Shown piece after piece: positions 24,301 through 48,471 of a DNA stretch of 64,000 nucleotides. How positions within the stretch are numbered: the stretch's first letter is position 1; every line of letters begins with the position of its first letter. Source of the DNA: Chrysomallon squamiferum. Its lineage: Eukaryota; Animalia; Mollusca. The notes under the pieces were generated by a model. It saw nothing but the letters and a program-made list of their open reading frames with translations, was not told the DNA's origin and ran no database searches. A program made the position numbers and the translations under genes. The DNA lies in the NCBI GenBank assembly GCA_012295275.1, contig CM022665.1:21390001-21454000 (forward strand), in the 5' to 3' direction.

Positions 24301-27300
24301 AATGAAATAATAAATTATAATTAAATAATAATAATTTTAATAAAAGCATTTTCCGTATTATCTTTTATAAGTAAGTACACAAATAATTACAATATTCAAA
24401 AAACAAAACGCATTTAAAAGGTTAGTTTTGTTATCAGTAATACTAAACTAATTAATTTATTTTTTAATTCTTACTCTCTGTATGCAGCATTCTTCCTGTC
24501 TTTAGGAATATCAAATAGTCGATCAAATATCGTGAGGTATGTGATGTAGTCAATTTTCTGAAGGGAAAAAACATTTAATTTTGTAATTTTTTTTATCTCT
24601 ATACATTTAACTGTAAACAAATGAACATTCTTTATTTTCACTTATGTTATAAAATTAGCAATAAGGAAAACAAACATAAATAACAGAAAAATGTAAAATA
24701 AATAAATAAATTAATTAAAAGCTGAAATAGAAAAGAAAAATTAAGATGTTTAGAGAAACAAAGATCTATAGGTGACCTTCTACAATGTTTTCGTTTTTGT
24801 TTTTGTTTTTGTGTGTGATTTTTACCTCTGTTCCTTTAAGATTGAGATATTTCTCGTAACACTGGTGTAGATCTAGATATCTCCCATACCCCTCCTCATC
24901 AGTAAAGTCAACCAGATCTGTGTAAATAAAACCAAGACTGTAATCACAGCACAGAGATGGAACGAACATGTGTTTTCTGTTTAAATTTATACATACATAC
25001 ATACATACATACATAACAAAAATAATTACACTACAGTTAAACAAAATAAATTAAAAAAAAACAGTTAAAAGGATAAAATAAAATAAATAAAACAAAAAAA
25101 GATAAAAAATTATAAAGTTTAAAAAAAAAAAAAAAAAAAAAATAAATAAAAACCAAAATTATGTTTCTTTGAAAAACCTTAAAATAAAAGCTTTTTAGAT
25201 GTCAATGTTTTGATAATGTCAAACTCAGTAAACACATTTAACCCCTGTGCTGTTGTTTCTATTACTAACAAAGACAATTTTAAAATCAATTTTTCAACAA
25301 ACAGAAAAACAGCACAGAGGACACACAAAATGATCAGTACTGGTTCTATGTGAAACAAATGAAAAATACAAATATATATCACTGAAAAACTGAAAATGTT
25401 AATTAAAAAATAAATTTTGGTTTCAACTAACTCTGCACTTCTTCAGCAGAACTTTCTCTCTGTTTGGCAATTTCTTCAAATTCCACAGACATAGGGACAC
25501 TGATCTAAAATGATAAACAAAAATATATATTTTATAACTAAAAATCTATTATGTAATTTTTTTTAAATAATGAAAATAATACAATCAAGGTAGGTGCAAA
25601 AAAAAAAAAAAAATGCAGCACCAAAAATTATTTTGGACATTGGACAAGGAAAAAGTAATTGAAAATCTTGTAAGCTAGAAACTAAATATTTAAAACCACT
25701 GGGTTTATTTCAAATTTAGATATAAATAACAGAATTATATAGTTCAGACAATTATTTTTTCTTAGAAGTAAGAAATGTAACTCATATTACAAAAACTCTG
25801 TTAACCTGTGATATAAAAAACATAATGAAATAAGATTAGAATTATTAACTAATAAAATAGTTTTTGTAAATTATTGTTAGTATACATGGTTGTATCAACA
25901 TATTGTTAGTATTATTTATGATCACATCATAGTTAGTATTATTCATGGTTGCATCAACATATTGTTAGTATTCTGCTTGGTGCATCAACATATTATTAGT
26001 ATCATTCATATTACTATCATTCATATTACTATCAGTATTACTAATATCGTATCACTATTGCTAGTATAATTTATATTTGTTTCACCAGATCACTGTTAGT
26101 ATCAGTCATGGCTGTATCTTCCTGTTATTGTTAGTATTATTCATGGTAGTATCAATACATTACCACTAGTATCATTCATGATTGTATCAACATGTTATTA
26201 GTATTATTCATGATTATATCACTGTACTATTATTATACTATTCATGACTGCATCACCCTGTATTATTGTTAGCATTATTCATGGTTGTATCAGCCTATTA
26301 TTAAATATTATTAGTATCCATGATTCCATCTTGGTTTATCACACTGATATTGTTATTAGTGACTCTCTAACACCATATTATTGTTAGTATTATTTACATC
26401 TGTATCAACATGTTATTGCTAGTGTTATTTATGATCATCATATTTTTGTCTGTATCAACCTGTTATTAAGAGTATTTTCGTGGTAGTATCAACTTATTGT
26501 AAGTATCATTCATGGTTCTATCAGCATATGGTTAGTATTATTGACTCTATATCACCATATCATTGTTAGTATCACCTTGTTATTGTTAGTATAATTAATG
26601 ATTGTATTATATTATTATTAGTAGTATTATTCATGGTAGTATCAGTATATTATTATTAATATCATTCATAGTTGTATCACACTATTACTGTTAGTATTAT
26701 TGACTCTATCACCATATTATTGTTAGTGCTATTCGTGGTTGTATCACAAAATTATTCTTAGTATCATTTATGTTTGTATCACCTTGTTATTGTTAGCATT
26801 ATTCATGGCTGTTTCGCCACATTAATGTTAGTATTATTTATGATTACCAAATTACTGTTAATGTTATTAATGGTTGCTTCACTGTATTGCTGTTAGTATC
26901 ATTTATGTTTGTATCATCATATCATTGTTAGTATCAGCTTGCTTTTATTAGTATTATTGAATTGATTCGTGGTTGTATCAACATATTATTGTTAATACTA
27001 TTCATGGCTTTATCACAGTGTTATTATTAGTATTATTCATGATATCAACATATCAACATATTATTAACTGTTTTATCAGTATATCAATACAGGAAAAAAA
27101 ATACATTCACCTCATTTGGGTGCTGATGATAAAAACGGTCAATAGCACTAAGACGAGACCGGAATTCAGAATATTCATTTGGTCCAGCAAGAGCCTGGAT
27201 TTCTTCTTTTCTCAATCTGAATCATTTGAATAATAAACATTAGAATGATATATGTCTCTTGTCTAAGTTAATAGAAATAGTTTATAATATTGTTTTGATA

Positions 27301-28842
27301 CCATTATAAATGGTAAAGTTACGTGCAATACAATTTACTAATGTATACATTCTTTAAATAAAAAATATTTACAAAAAGAATAATAATAAAATAAATAAAA
27401 ATTTAAAATTTTTAATTTGCTTGTTTAGTTGATGCTATTCACAAAAGTAAAGAGAATTTTTTTTAAATTAAAAACCCCATACAATCATTAATGAAATACT
27501 TAACAGACATCAATAAACAGTTTCTAAAGTTTAAAGTAATTAATTTATTTCTTACCCATCTTTGTCTTCATAAAGATCTTTAAGTTCTGTAGTACATTCC
27601 ATGTATCTCTGAATAAAATAAAATAAAATACTACGTATAAAATAACTTTGCTTACATTCATAAATAATTTAGTTATGAATTTGGTTCCAACTGGTAAATA
27701 TTTTGCTTTTTCTGTTATTTTCAGAATAAATAAATTACAGATTATGATTACCTCTAAGAACAACTATAATTTTATGTTTTAACATGAAATTCTTTGTTCA
27801 GCATAAACAAAGTAATAATAACAATAATATTAACAATAACAATAAAAATAATACAACATTTTGAAAATGATACTTACATCCAGTAAAAGCTTCAATCGAT
27901 AATCGGAATTTATTTGTTCTCGTTGCTTAAAATAAACAAAAATAAAATTGTTTTTAATTAAGAAAACTAGTAGTGGTCCTTCTGCAAATAATAGCAAAAA
28001 TAATATTTAAAAAGCTATGTTTAGATATTACCAAAAAATTCATAATAAACATTTTATTTAAATTATGTTTTTTTCGTACCAAAATCTTTTTTTTGTTTTG
28101 TTTTGTTTAAATACTAAAAAGAATGCCATTATATAAAATGATGAAGCTCAAGCATCACAAAATGAAATAATCACATAAAATAAAATAAAATTTGGCTACC
28201 CTGTACAGTGTACAAATATTATATAATTAAAATATGTACAACAGCATACCATAACTGTTAAGTTCTAGATTATATGGCACAGAAGATAGATTATTGTAAT
28301 GATAATGTCACACACATATATATGTGACGTAAGTGATAAACACTGAGAGACATTTAATGATTGGTGTTTGTGTATGTGTATTAAAAATGAATACTTAGAA
28401 TAGTGCTACTAACAGGACTCGAAGAACTTTCAAAATATCAAATAATCATTACTGGCATGGTTTTCTTTTGATGTTTTTTTTTCATCTGATTAGAAACAAC
28501 TGAGGTTTTTCAGTAACCCTATGTAGTTAAATCTATGCCATAATCGTTTTATTTTAACAAAATGATTTTGTGATTTTATCATTTTAGAATTAGTGATTTA
28601 CTATCTACTGATTCGAAATTCATTGACGATTCATTGATACAGACACTATGATACTCAGAATCAGATTATAAAGGAAAAACAAAAAGTAACTTCAGTAAGA
28701 CGTGTTAATTGTTACTGTAACAAATCAACTGAAATTATAAACCTACAACTTTTTTTGGATGCAACATTTCTTTAGTCATTGCATCCATAAGTCTTTCCCG
28801 TTCTTCATGGTATCGTCTTTGTTGTTCAAGCAGGGATTCCAT
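17853..28842 (-). CDS. SF3A3: Splicing factor 3A subunit 3 (SF3a60/Prp9), 502 aa, complete
   Basis: 17 GT-AG exons: 28842-28747, 27925-27878, 27608-27556, 27216-27111, 25504-25432, 24917-24826, 24557-24475, 24177-24105, 23704-23639, 23121-23053, 22446-22379, 21703-21593, 20098-19864, 19498-19388, 18885-18795, 18554-18499, 17930-17853, total 1509 nt. [18 protein letters not shown]..., [41 protein letters not shown], matrin-type Zn finger [18 protein letters not shown]-terminus [25 protein letters not shown]. Confidence 0.97.
18945..19175. repeat. 38-bp minisatellite (AAATACATTTCTAATGACTATCATTGTTTTTAAACACA), about 6 copies, in a SF3A3 intron
   Basis: Directly visible tandem units. Confidence 0.9.
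20078..21125 (-). repeat. ~60-bp tandem array derived from the SF3A3 exon-13 3' splice site, about 15-17 copies
   Basis: Unit (+ strand) TTTCCTTCTGTCATTCCAAGTC(T/C)CTGAAAGA..GAGAAAAA; the first unit is the true junction at 20098/20099. Confidence 0.9.
21340..21393. repeat. (AAT)n microsatellite
   Basis: Directly visible. Confidence 0.95.
23165..23355. repeat. Degenerate (TATTG)n pentanucleotide repeat
   Basis: Directly visible. Confidence 0.8.
25870..27090. repeat. ~1.2-kb degenerate ~32-bp minisatellite (TATTGTTAGTATTATTCATGGTTGTATCAACA) filling most of SF3A3 intron 4
   Basis: More than 30 degenerate units ending near the exon-4 donor. Confidence 0.85.
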
Positions 28843-29030
28843 CGCACATGCAGAAAAACAAATAACGCTAACAAAATGCGAAAACAATACGTAAAGACCT
28901 GTATTATCCAGGAAGCGGAAACAGAATTATGCGTTCTTGTTTGACGGGAAATTGCGATATATTCCGAGAAAGTACGAAGTAAAATGAACCTGATCACTAC
29001 ATTCCGATTCCACGTAATAATTATTTACTA
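28843..29030 (-). promoter_or_regulatory. SF3A3 promoter/5' UTR, locally CpG-rich
   Basis: CpG-rich patch immediately 5' of the ATG, with tandem ETS-like GGAA cores (CAGGAAGCGGAAA, ~28909-28921) and E2F-like TTTGACGGGAAA (~28940-28951). Confidence 0.5.
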
Positions 29031-29061
29031 CATCGATTTTCAGAACCAGCAGTGGCAGCAA

Positions 29062-29062
<1 letters not shown>

Positions 29063-29116
<54 letters not shown>
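29063..29116. repeat. (ATT)n microsatellite
   Basis: Directly visible. Confidence 0.95.
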
Positions 29117-30216
29117 GCTGTTGTTGTTATTGTTGTTAATAATTGGTATTTTCTATAAAGTTTATATATTTATATCTTTGTATACTATTACAGAAAATTA
29201 TTACCAACAATTGCCTTTTAGGTTTTAATTAGCTCTAATCATAATTATTCTTTCTTGTTTTTCTTTTTACTTTTATTATTATTATTATTTTTTAAATTAA
29301 TTATTATTGTTGTTGCTGTTGCTGTTTTCTAATCTTTCATTTTATTTTATTTTATTTCTTTCATTCTTCTTCTTATTATTACTATTATTATTTTTTAATT
29401 CTTATTTAGTTTTGTAATTGGCATGTTTTTGGCGAGTAGTGATAACTATTGAATGTTAGTCAATAAATGTTTATTTTAGTTTTTAAATCTTTACATGTAT
29501 TTCAGAATCAGTTCAGTTCAAATAATGGGGAAAGTAATTGTTTTATATGTAGTTCACATACATCAGTTTATAATAATGAATTATTTCAAATTAATGAATG
29601 GATAAAACACTATTTATTTTATCTGAGAAAATATAAAATAACCGCTAATTGGTGGATCATCACAGCAATCAAAAATGTTTGGAGAAGAGTTAAATTTATT
29701 ATCTTTTGGAAATAAAATGAAAAAGAAAGAAAAGCAAGAATACGTGTTTCTTTTCATACTTTTGTTTCTAGCCAAAAGCAGCATAATATGGCATTTTAAA
29801 ATTTACAAAGCGAATAATTGATCAAAACTGATCGCACTTGCTCAGTGCTGCTTAACAATACAACAGAGGCCATGTTCAGCAAAAACGCTTTTTAAAAATA
29901 GGTCACACAGGTCGTTGGTGGGTTTAGGATGCTAACATAATTATGCAAAGGTACTTTCTTTGAGATATTTTGTGAGGTCGTAATTGTTTATTAATTAACT
30001 CTTACCTTTTATTCCGTCATTATTACAGGTTACATACTTGACAGAAATGTAAATAGACGATTGTATTATTATTATTTTGTGTGTGTGTTTAAAATGCTTG
30101 GTATAATTTATTCAGCATTGTCTAAATAACTTGAAATGACATTGAAACCATCTTAAACATACAACTGTTTCAAAAATTAAATTTCTGAGTCACTTGTCTT
30201 CTAATTTATATGAATT

Positions 30217-30258
<42 letters not shown>

Positions 30259-30852
30259 ACCATTATTACATTTTATAAATTTATTTTCTATTTTTCTATT
30301 TTTCTATTTTTATTTATTACTATTATTATTATTATATTTTCAAATTTGTAGGCTTTATCAAGAAACCAAACTGTTTTTGATGAGATAACACAAACAATTT
30401 CTATGACAGATCTTGGAAAATGGCTGCCATATTGAACGTTTTTAGGGCTAGGATGTTTCTTTCAAAGTAACCCATGGTGAAATTTTCATACCAAATTTTA
30501 TGCTTTTCAGCTTGATATTTTCTGCACTACTAGTTTATTTATTTATTAATTTTTTTCTAGTTTTAATTTCAAATATATTTAATAAAATCTTTCATTATCA
30601 ACTGCTTTATTTATTTATTATTATTTTCCCCAATATTATTCTTTTATCAACAAACTAACTTAACTAATATTCTGTCTACATTATTTCAATTACTGAAATT
30701 TGGCTGAAATGTCACTTGCTGGAACTTCATGACCAAAATAATGCTGGCTGAAATAACACCAAAATGTATTTAACCGATTATTTTTAGCAACCTTTTTAAC
30801 ATATACATTTCATTATTTGATTAGGAAAAATACACATCAGTAATATTAATAT

Positions 30853-30890
<38 letters not shown>

Positions 30891-33551
30891 TATTCAAATT
30901 TGAAGGACATAAAATAATTGATTCACCTGCTTCACCTTATAAAAAAATAATAAAATTGAAAACCTTATATAAGAATAAAAAAGAGAAAAGATTATAAAAG
31001 ATTGTTTGCTGAACTCAAATTACCATTATGGCATTAAGCAATTTTGCATATTTGATGTTGATAACATTTGTTAAAATCTGATTGAAGTAATGCTAAATAC
31101 TCATTTTTAAATAACTGTAACATAAAAATACATTTTTAAAAGGGCATTGTAATAGCTAGTTAACAATATTTAATAGACAGTCTGTTTAAATAATCAATGA
31201 AATGTGATGGCATCTTTGTAATAATGCAGGTGTTTGAACAATTAATTAGAACCGTGACATATTTAGACAACATGAATAATTCATTGGATATAACATTTTC
31301 TAATATTACAATCAATATCAGATTATGAATCTTGAATAAATTTTGGTTCGGTTATAACATTTTAAGAAAAACATTAGGTATCATAATTTTTTTTTTTTTT
31401 TTTAATTAAAATTCAACATTTAAGAATGACTTTTTTTTAGGCATCAGATATATTCTGAATTAAATTTCAAACTGTAAGAATTACTTTTTTATTAGGTATT
31501 AAATATTTTGCATCAAATTCCAAATTTTAAGGATTACTTTGTATTACAACATTTCAAATTTTAAGAATTACATTTTATTAGGTAGTGGACAGTGTTAGAA
31601 AAAATCTACTGTTATATGGGTGTGTGTTACTAATTAGCAAACAGGTAGCTTTTAGTTACACCTTCCCATACCGAACACTGTGATTAATTATAATACAGGA
31701 GAGGTTTATATTAAGTGTATTAGTTGGTCTATTTTGGTGGAGTAATCCTGATTATAATGATTGGTTAGTCATCAAATTTCCATTCTATTAAATACTACTA
31801 CTACTACTAATAAATAATGACGATAATAATAATAACAATAATAACCATAATGATAACAATAAAAATTAATAATAGTAATGACAATAACAATAATAAAAGT
31901 ACTTAAAACAATAAAAATCTAATAACAGCTGTAATAATAATAATAACAATAGCAACAACATGATAATAACACTATAATAACAAAATATTTCAGAAAGGAA
32001 AATTAAAAAAACAACATAATAACCAGTAGTAATTTGTTTATTACTGAATAATAATTTTGCAAAATAAATTTTAAAAGTTAGCTACCATGATCAACACAAT
32101 AGTTAAATACATTATAGAGACGGATAAAATAAAGAAAAAAGAGAGAGAGAGAGGGAGAGAGGAAATGAGAAAGAGTTTTTCATTACTTATCTTTTACAGG
32201 TGGTAAGATAAATCAGTAATGATATCTTTTGTATCAATCATTTGGTAACTTGCATTCCCAAACAGCTCAGTGAAAACAAAGTTTTTGATTTGTTTAATAA
32301 GCTAACCAGTTTACACTGATTCTGTGATAATGAATGCTTTAATGGTGATATTAATTAGCATTGTTAAAGCTCTGTAAAACAACATGAAAAAAGAAAAAAA
32401 ACATCAGTGAAAGCTATTTTAATAAAAATACTGACTCAGTGATGACGTTTTCATGTGTAGGCATTATATAAAGCAATATAAGATTTAACAAATTTTAATT
32501 CAGGTGAATAATAGTTCTATGTGTTCATTTATTTAGTTTTGTTATAAGTAAATGTTTCAACAAGTATTGATTGTTGTGTCAGAGGCACATAAATTCCATC
32601 AAGAGAAAAATAAGTTATCTAAAACTTCAACAGGTACAGCATTTCTTTTTAAAATCTGTACCCAAACTTGAAATAGTTATCTGAAAATCTTTTACATTTT
32701 ATTTTAAAATTTAAAAAGGAAGATTTAATTATTATCGCTCCATCACTATAAGAATTGGTCAATTTCTTTCACGTATAACCTAGTTATAAAGCAGTTCATA
32801 TAAATATATAAAGGAATTTATTTTTCTAATATATTAATGTGTGGTGTGTGTGTGTGTGTGTGTCAGTGTGATGTCACTATTTCTAAATTTTTCTCTGGTG
32901 ATAGCTGCACTTTTCATTCATTAACTATAATGCAAATTGATAAAGGCAGCACAATTTTAGTCAAGACATCTTTATTGCATTCATGTTAAAATTTACTCAT
33001 GATTTTTAGAAATAATACATAAACCTGCATTTCTGTTTTTATGATGGATAAAAGGCTATATAAAAAATTCTTATCAAGTTTGACTTTCAAAAAACAAAAA
33101 ATACAAAATAAAATAAAAAAATAAAATAAAGAAATAAATAACTTTTGTTTTAAATGGAACAAGACTTTTGGTTATACAAACACTCTTCAAAAGAGTTTGA
33201 GCTTCAAAATTGGTATGTAGCAGCAGTGCAAATAAGTGTTAAAAACTCATTTACTTGTCATATAATGATATATTTAAAAATCTCACATTTAACAACTTTC
33301 TATCTGAAGTTAGTTTTAGAGAGCTGGAAGTAAACTTTTAATACAAGCTGATAGTTAATGGGATTATCAAAATTTAAAAATTCTGGTAACAGAACTTTGA
33401 GTAAGGCAACTGTCCTAGAACATCTAACTGTACTCTTCAGAGTATCTTGTCACATTTCAAAAATGAATATATTTTTTCTTCTTCATGATTAACATTTGTA
33501 ATATATCTGAGATAAATGTTTCATTGTATTCATTCTGTCACTGTACTTTAA

Positions 33552-33690
33552 CCCTTTCAGTGCCAAATTTGGCACAAGACATATTTCCGAGCACCAGATA
33601 TTTTTTAGGGAAATTACCTAAGTGAAATATTGAGGCTTAACTTAAGCTACTGCATTATGGTGACATATCTTGCCAATAGCACTGAAAGGG
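33552..33690. mobile_element. 139-bp piggyBac-type MITE
   Basis: TTAA|CCCTTTCAGTGC ... GCACTGAAAGGG|TTAA: perfect 12-bp TIR with CCC..GGG ends and a TTAA target duplication; sub-terminal symmetry continues (TTGGCA..AGA.AT). Confidence 0.8.
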
Positions 33691-34106
33691 TTAATGAGTT
33701 CTGAAATAAAAGTCATTATTTACAATTTAGAAAAGAATGGAACTGAATAACAATTCCTTAATAAGTTTAAAAAATGGTAATTAGAATTAATTTGCACCAA
33801 ATTGGAATCAATATATGCTTTCTCTTTTTGCGTAATGATCATTATGAAAAGCATTCAGTAAAAATTAAGATCAGTATAGTTATACAATAATTTATTACAC
33901 ACACTCAAGTTAAAAAGACAAAAATATTTTGTCCATACTGAACCATGTCTTCCTGCAACTTTCATAAATGTCTTAATGCAATCGACCCAAAAATACATAG
34001 ATAAAAATAAACATTTCTATAGAGTGACACAGCTGAAGACTTCTATTTGGAGATTTACGTTATGTATATGTTTAAATTTTTATTTTTTTATTTATTTTTT
34101 TGAATT

Positions 34107-36332
34107 TCATGAGTCTCCCCTAGCATCAGCAACACCTGAAGGTATCTGGATTTCAATTCCATCCATTTCTTTTGATATTATCACCTGACAGCCTAGACGT
34201 GACCTGAAAAAAAAAAAAAAAAAAAAAAAAAAATAATTAATAATAATTTTTTTTTTTAAATTACCAATTATTCTTGGCCGTCTAATCTACACCTTTAAAA
34301 AAAAAAAAATGTTTTTTATCAACTTAGGAATATTAAAATGACAAGGTTTAAGAATCTATTGTTAAATGATTCCTGAGTTAATATCAAAATCTTAATGATA
34401 CCCCCCCCAAAAAAAGACACACACCCAAAAAACAAAATATAAAAACATATAATATAAATGATATATTATTAAAAATAAAGAAAACACCAAACAATCCTTT
34501 ACACACACATACACACTACTTTCACAAGTAAACATATACCATCACAAACAGAGATGTTACAATAACAACAGGCTTAATAAATATAATAAAGTGTATGTGA
34601 AACGATATACTTGCACACACGCACACACACCAAATTCTTCATTAGATGGGACTCAAATATTACTCTGGCCACTACTGAATACAATTAAGCAATATTACAA
34701 AAGAGTAACACAATGGTATTACATAATAACAGATTTCATCAGTTATATGTGATCAACATCACCAAACATCTATTAAAAGCATAACCTACGTGTCTGTTAG
34801 CTCGTAGGCCAAATCCAGCATGTCTAATTCTTCGTCTGTTGGTTTCTCTGGTAGCCGGTCATAATCTTCTTTCTTAAATATCAGATGGCAGGTGGAGCAC
34901 GCCAGGGTGCCTTCACACGCACCTGTGACATGATAATACGTGTAAAACCTTTTGTTTGTGACAAACTGTTAATAACTACACTTCTAACAGAGAAATAACA
35001 GCTGTTTGTTACTCAGTAATTAATACACTATCAAACAGAATAATTCATTTGAAATATGAAACATTTTTAAACATTTACACAGTAATTGTATTAATTTGGT
35101 CCCTTTTCTAATAATAAATTAAAGTCATTTATTTATCCAATTTTTGGGTGTTCTGATGATGTCATGTATTTATAAAAAAAATATATACACACACATAAGC
35201 CTCTTTCTGGGATTTATTTATGGGAAGGCAACTTCTGACAGAGATGTATCAATTATTTATCATCAAACAGTTTTACATTTGTTTACTGAATTATTAACAT
35301 CAAGTTTGGATTATGATAAAGCAAGTTATCATGCAAATAAATTTTTAAAATTTAAAGGTTTTTATTTTATTTCATTTATTTGTTCTAAAGATAAAATTTC
35401 AGTTCTTTGATAAACATAGACATATTATTAATATTCTGAACATAGTAATAAATGGTAATAAACTATTTTTTTATATCTGCAAACGGGCAATTTTAATTTC
35501 TGAAGTTTATTTCATATAAAAATATTTAATATATAAACGAGTCAATATAATTTTCATTTCTAAATAAAATATTTTTCTAAAGAAAAAACTTACCAAAACC
35601 ATCTATTTCTACATTATTTTCAAGAACCACATCCAAAAGATTATCACCAATTTTTGCTTTTATAGATCTTTTTTCACCATCTTTGCTGACAAAAGTAACA
35701 TTGACTCTGAAAGCATAAAAATAATTGTCTTTTTATTTGTAACACATTTTGGTCATTTTTAATCATATTATTATGCAAATATGACATAAATATTTATCTT
35801 TTTTTTTCACAAGTATAAAAAATTGGATTATTGTTACTATTACCATGTGTGGGAAGGTACAAATAAAACATCTTTGTTGCTAAATATTAAAAGTTGTGCA
35901 CAGAGAATGGTAGAAGCTTGTTTTCGTGTTAATAATAATAATAATAATAATATATATGTATATTATTATTATTATATGAGACTTATTAACTTGACAACAA
36001 CAATAATAAATTACAGACAAATTACAAAACTGAGACCATCTGAGATAAAGTTATATAAAATTAATATAAATCACTGCTGATCATTATCAAAATATAACAT
36101 TCACATAAATCATTGCTAAATATAAAATTCACATAAATCTTTGTTGTTCATTATCATTATATAAATTTCATATAAATCTTTGTTGATCTCATTTAAAATT
36201 CTGACAATTCCTTTTTTTTTATTCACATTTGTAAGTAATGAAGTAGTTTCTACAGACATCACTATTAGGATAAATCATTTGTTTTTCCTTTGTGTTGAAC
36301 TTGAAGATGCATAAAATATTCATTTATTCAAA

Positions 36333-36367
<35 letters not shown>

Positions 36368-36381
36368 TGTGTATATGTATG

Positions 36382-36455
<74 letters not shown>

Positions 36456-37373
36456 CACAGACACATAGATAGACAGATAGATAGAAAAGAGAGAGAACAT
36501 TAAGCAGAAACAACTCATAGATACATATCTTTTACTGGGTTATCATTCATTTATGATACTGAAATACGACTTGGGACATCAAGGTGGAAACAACCGTCTT
36601 GTGAAATTATATATATATATAGACACACCCACACACACCCACCCACCCACCCACACCCACACACCCACCCACCCCACACCCACCCACACCCACACACACA
36701 CCCACCCACCCACCCACACACACACAGAGTTGATGGAAAAATCAAGAAAAGCTTAATACAGTTGAAGAGTGTCCGATTTTCAAAGTATTTTAATTTGTTT
36801 AAAAATATATTCAGTATTATACTTCGTTTGTTAACCTGTACTAATTGGTTTCTGTATCAGAGTGGCACAGGTGTAACGGAAATAATGATGAAGGATAACA
36901 AATTCTTAATAGATGTTTAAAAAAATGCATGATTCTTTACTAAATGATCGACTTGTAGCACTAACCGACTTTCCAGTAACCGGTTAAATAGGCACGTAGG
37001 CGTCGTGTTAACCAAATTACCATGACTTGAAGATACAATAAAAAGCACGTTTCTAGGAACATGAATAAGGGAAGAAATGTATAGTCACCTAACAATTTAT
37101 AAATATTTTTAAAAATAAAATATGATCATCTCTCAATATAATAATTATTCTGATAACAAAATTAACAAAAAATAACAAAACAGACAAAAATCAAGTTACT
37201 TACGTTGCTTTCTGAAGTTTGGGTATTGAAGATGATGAGAATCGTTCTCTACATAGCCGATGTTTGTCGAATTTGTTTGTAAGTATAGGTGCCGTTAGGC
37301 TGCTTGTTTTCCTTGATAAATTTGCGAATTGAGGTATAATACAGCGTAACACATTTCGTGACAAGCCAGCCAT
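34107..37373 (-). CDS. FDX1: Adrenodoxin-type mitochondrial 2Fe-2S ferredoxin, 170 aa including transit peptide
   Basis: Exons 37373-37204, 35706-35594, 34922-34790, 34203-34107 (513 nt). R/S/K-rich targeting peptide [11 protein letters not shown]...; [47 protein letters not shown]. The DGFG motif points to FDX1 rather than FDX2. Confidence 0.93.
36334..36727. repeat. Compound (TG)n/(TA)n/(GATA)n and (CCCA/CA)n microsatellite cluster in FDX1 intron 1
   Basis: Directly visible. Confidence 0.9.
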
Positions 37374-38254
37374 TATGAGCGACCCGTTCCAATGACACAC
37401 TCGTGTTTGACACAGTCGAATCGAACAAGGAGAACCATACAGTTAAAATTTGTTCCCACGCGAAAAACGAAATGACATAATCCACAAAATGCAGCAGCTG
37501 CTATTTTTAATGAGAATTAATTATCTATGCGTAACAGTAACAGTTCGTTATTTTAATTAGGACACCAGATGTTTAATGAAATAATTAATGAAATAATGCA
37601 TATTTATTTTCTATGGCACAGAATCATATAAAAGAATTATAAGTTTATCATCATCATTATTATATTATTGTTTAGTTTTTAAATAATAGTAGTAGTAGTA
37701 GCAACAACAGCAGTAGAGTAGTAGCAGCAGCAGTAGAAGTAGTAGTAGTTGGGTAGTACCAGCAATAAATAAATAAATAAATAATTAAATAAATAGAAAT
37801 ACATGAAATAGGATATCGTATTTATTTATTTATTATCATCTTCATCTTATTATTATCCTGAAAAGAATACTGACCTAAACAGAGTATAATAATAATAATA
37901 AATAAATAAATAAATAAATGATTTAATATTAATTCATAATTAATTAATGATTTGAGTCAGACATATCTTAAAAATGCATTAATTTCTTCATGCTAAGGAT
38001 CAATTATTTTCGGAAATATTGTAGATAAGTTTTTTAAATAAATAGACATTCGGAAATCTTCGCTACCATTCGTTGATTTTACCCGAAAATGAACGTTATT
38101 AATGTCATATCAATAATAATTTTATTTCGATGTTATTAAAATATTTACCATTAATTATTAAATGATATGAATATATTAAATGTCATTACTTTCAAACAAA
38201 TTTTTTTTTTAAATATTGTGAAGACATAATTTTTTTAACCAGTGCGGTACTGTT

Positions 38255-38267
38255 GTTGCTCAGCAAC
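38255..38267. promoter_or_regulatory. RFX X-box upstream of RSPH3
   Basis: Perfect palindrome GTTGCT-C-AGCAAC about 120 bp 5' of the RSPH3 ATG; matches the GTNRCC/T(N0-3)RGYAAC consensus of ciliary genes. Confidence 0.75.
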
Positions 38268-38383
38268 AAAGAGTATCAATATTTTGGTGGTTGGTGACAG
38301 CATTTGTTAACATATTTGTCTTACCTGTCGATTATACTTAACATAATTATTTTTATAAGAAATAAGTAGAAACGCAAGTCACT

Positions 38384-48243
<9,860 letters not shown>

Positions 48244-48433
48244 AATTTGCAGTAGCAGATTTTAAATCATGTGACCGTACCTACCACGACATTTACACTC
48301 GGAGATTGATTAAATTTTATTTACTAATAAACTGATCTTATTTTTATAATGTAATTATTACAAATGTGGGGACATAATTTAAAACGTGTAATTTATCCAT
48401 TTTTCTTCTGACGTTTGTATTTATTACTATTAC

Positions 48434-48471
<38 letters not shown>

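Noticed and set aside
30380-30520. AAAATGGCTGCCATATTG motif typical of some invertebrate DNA-transposon relics
   Set aside because: No termini or TSD found
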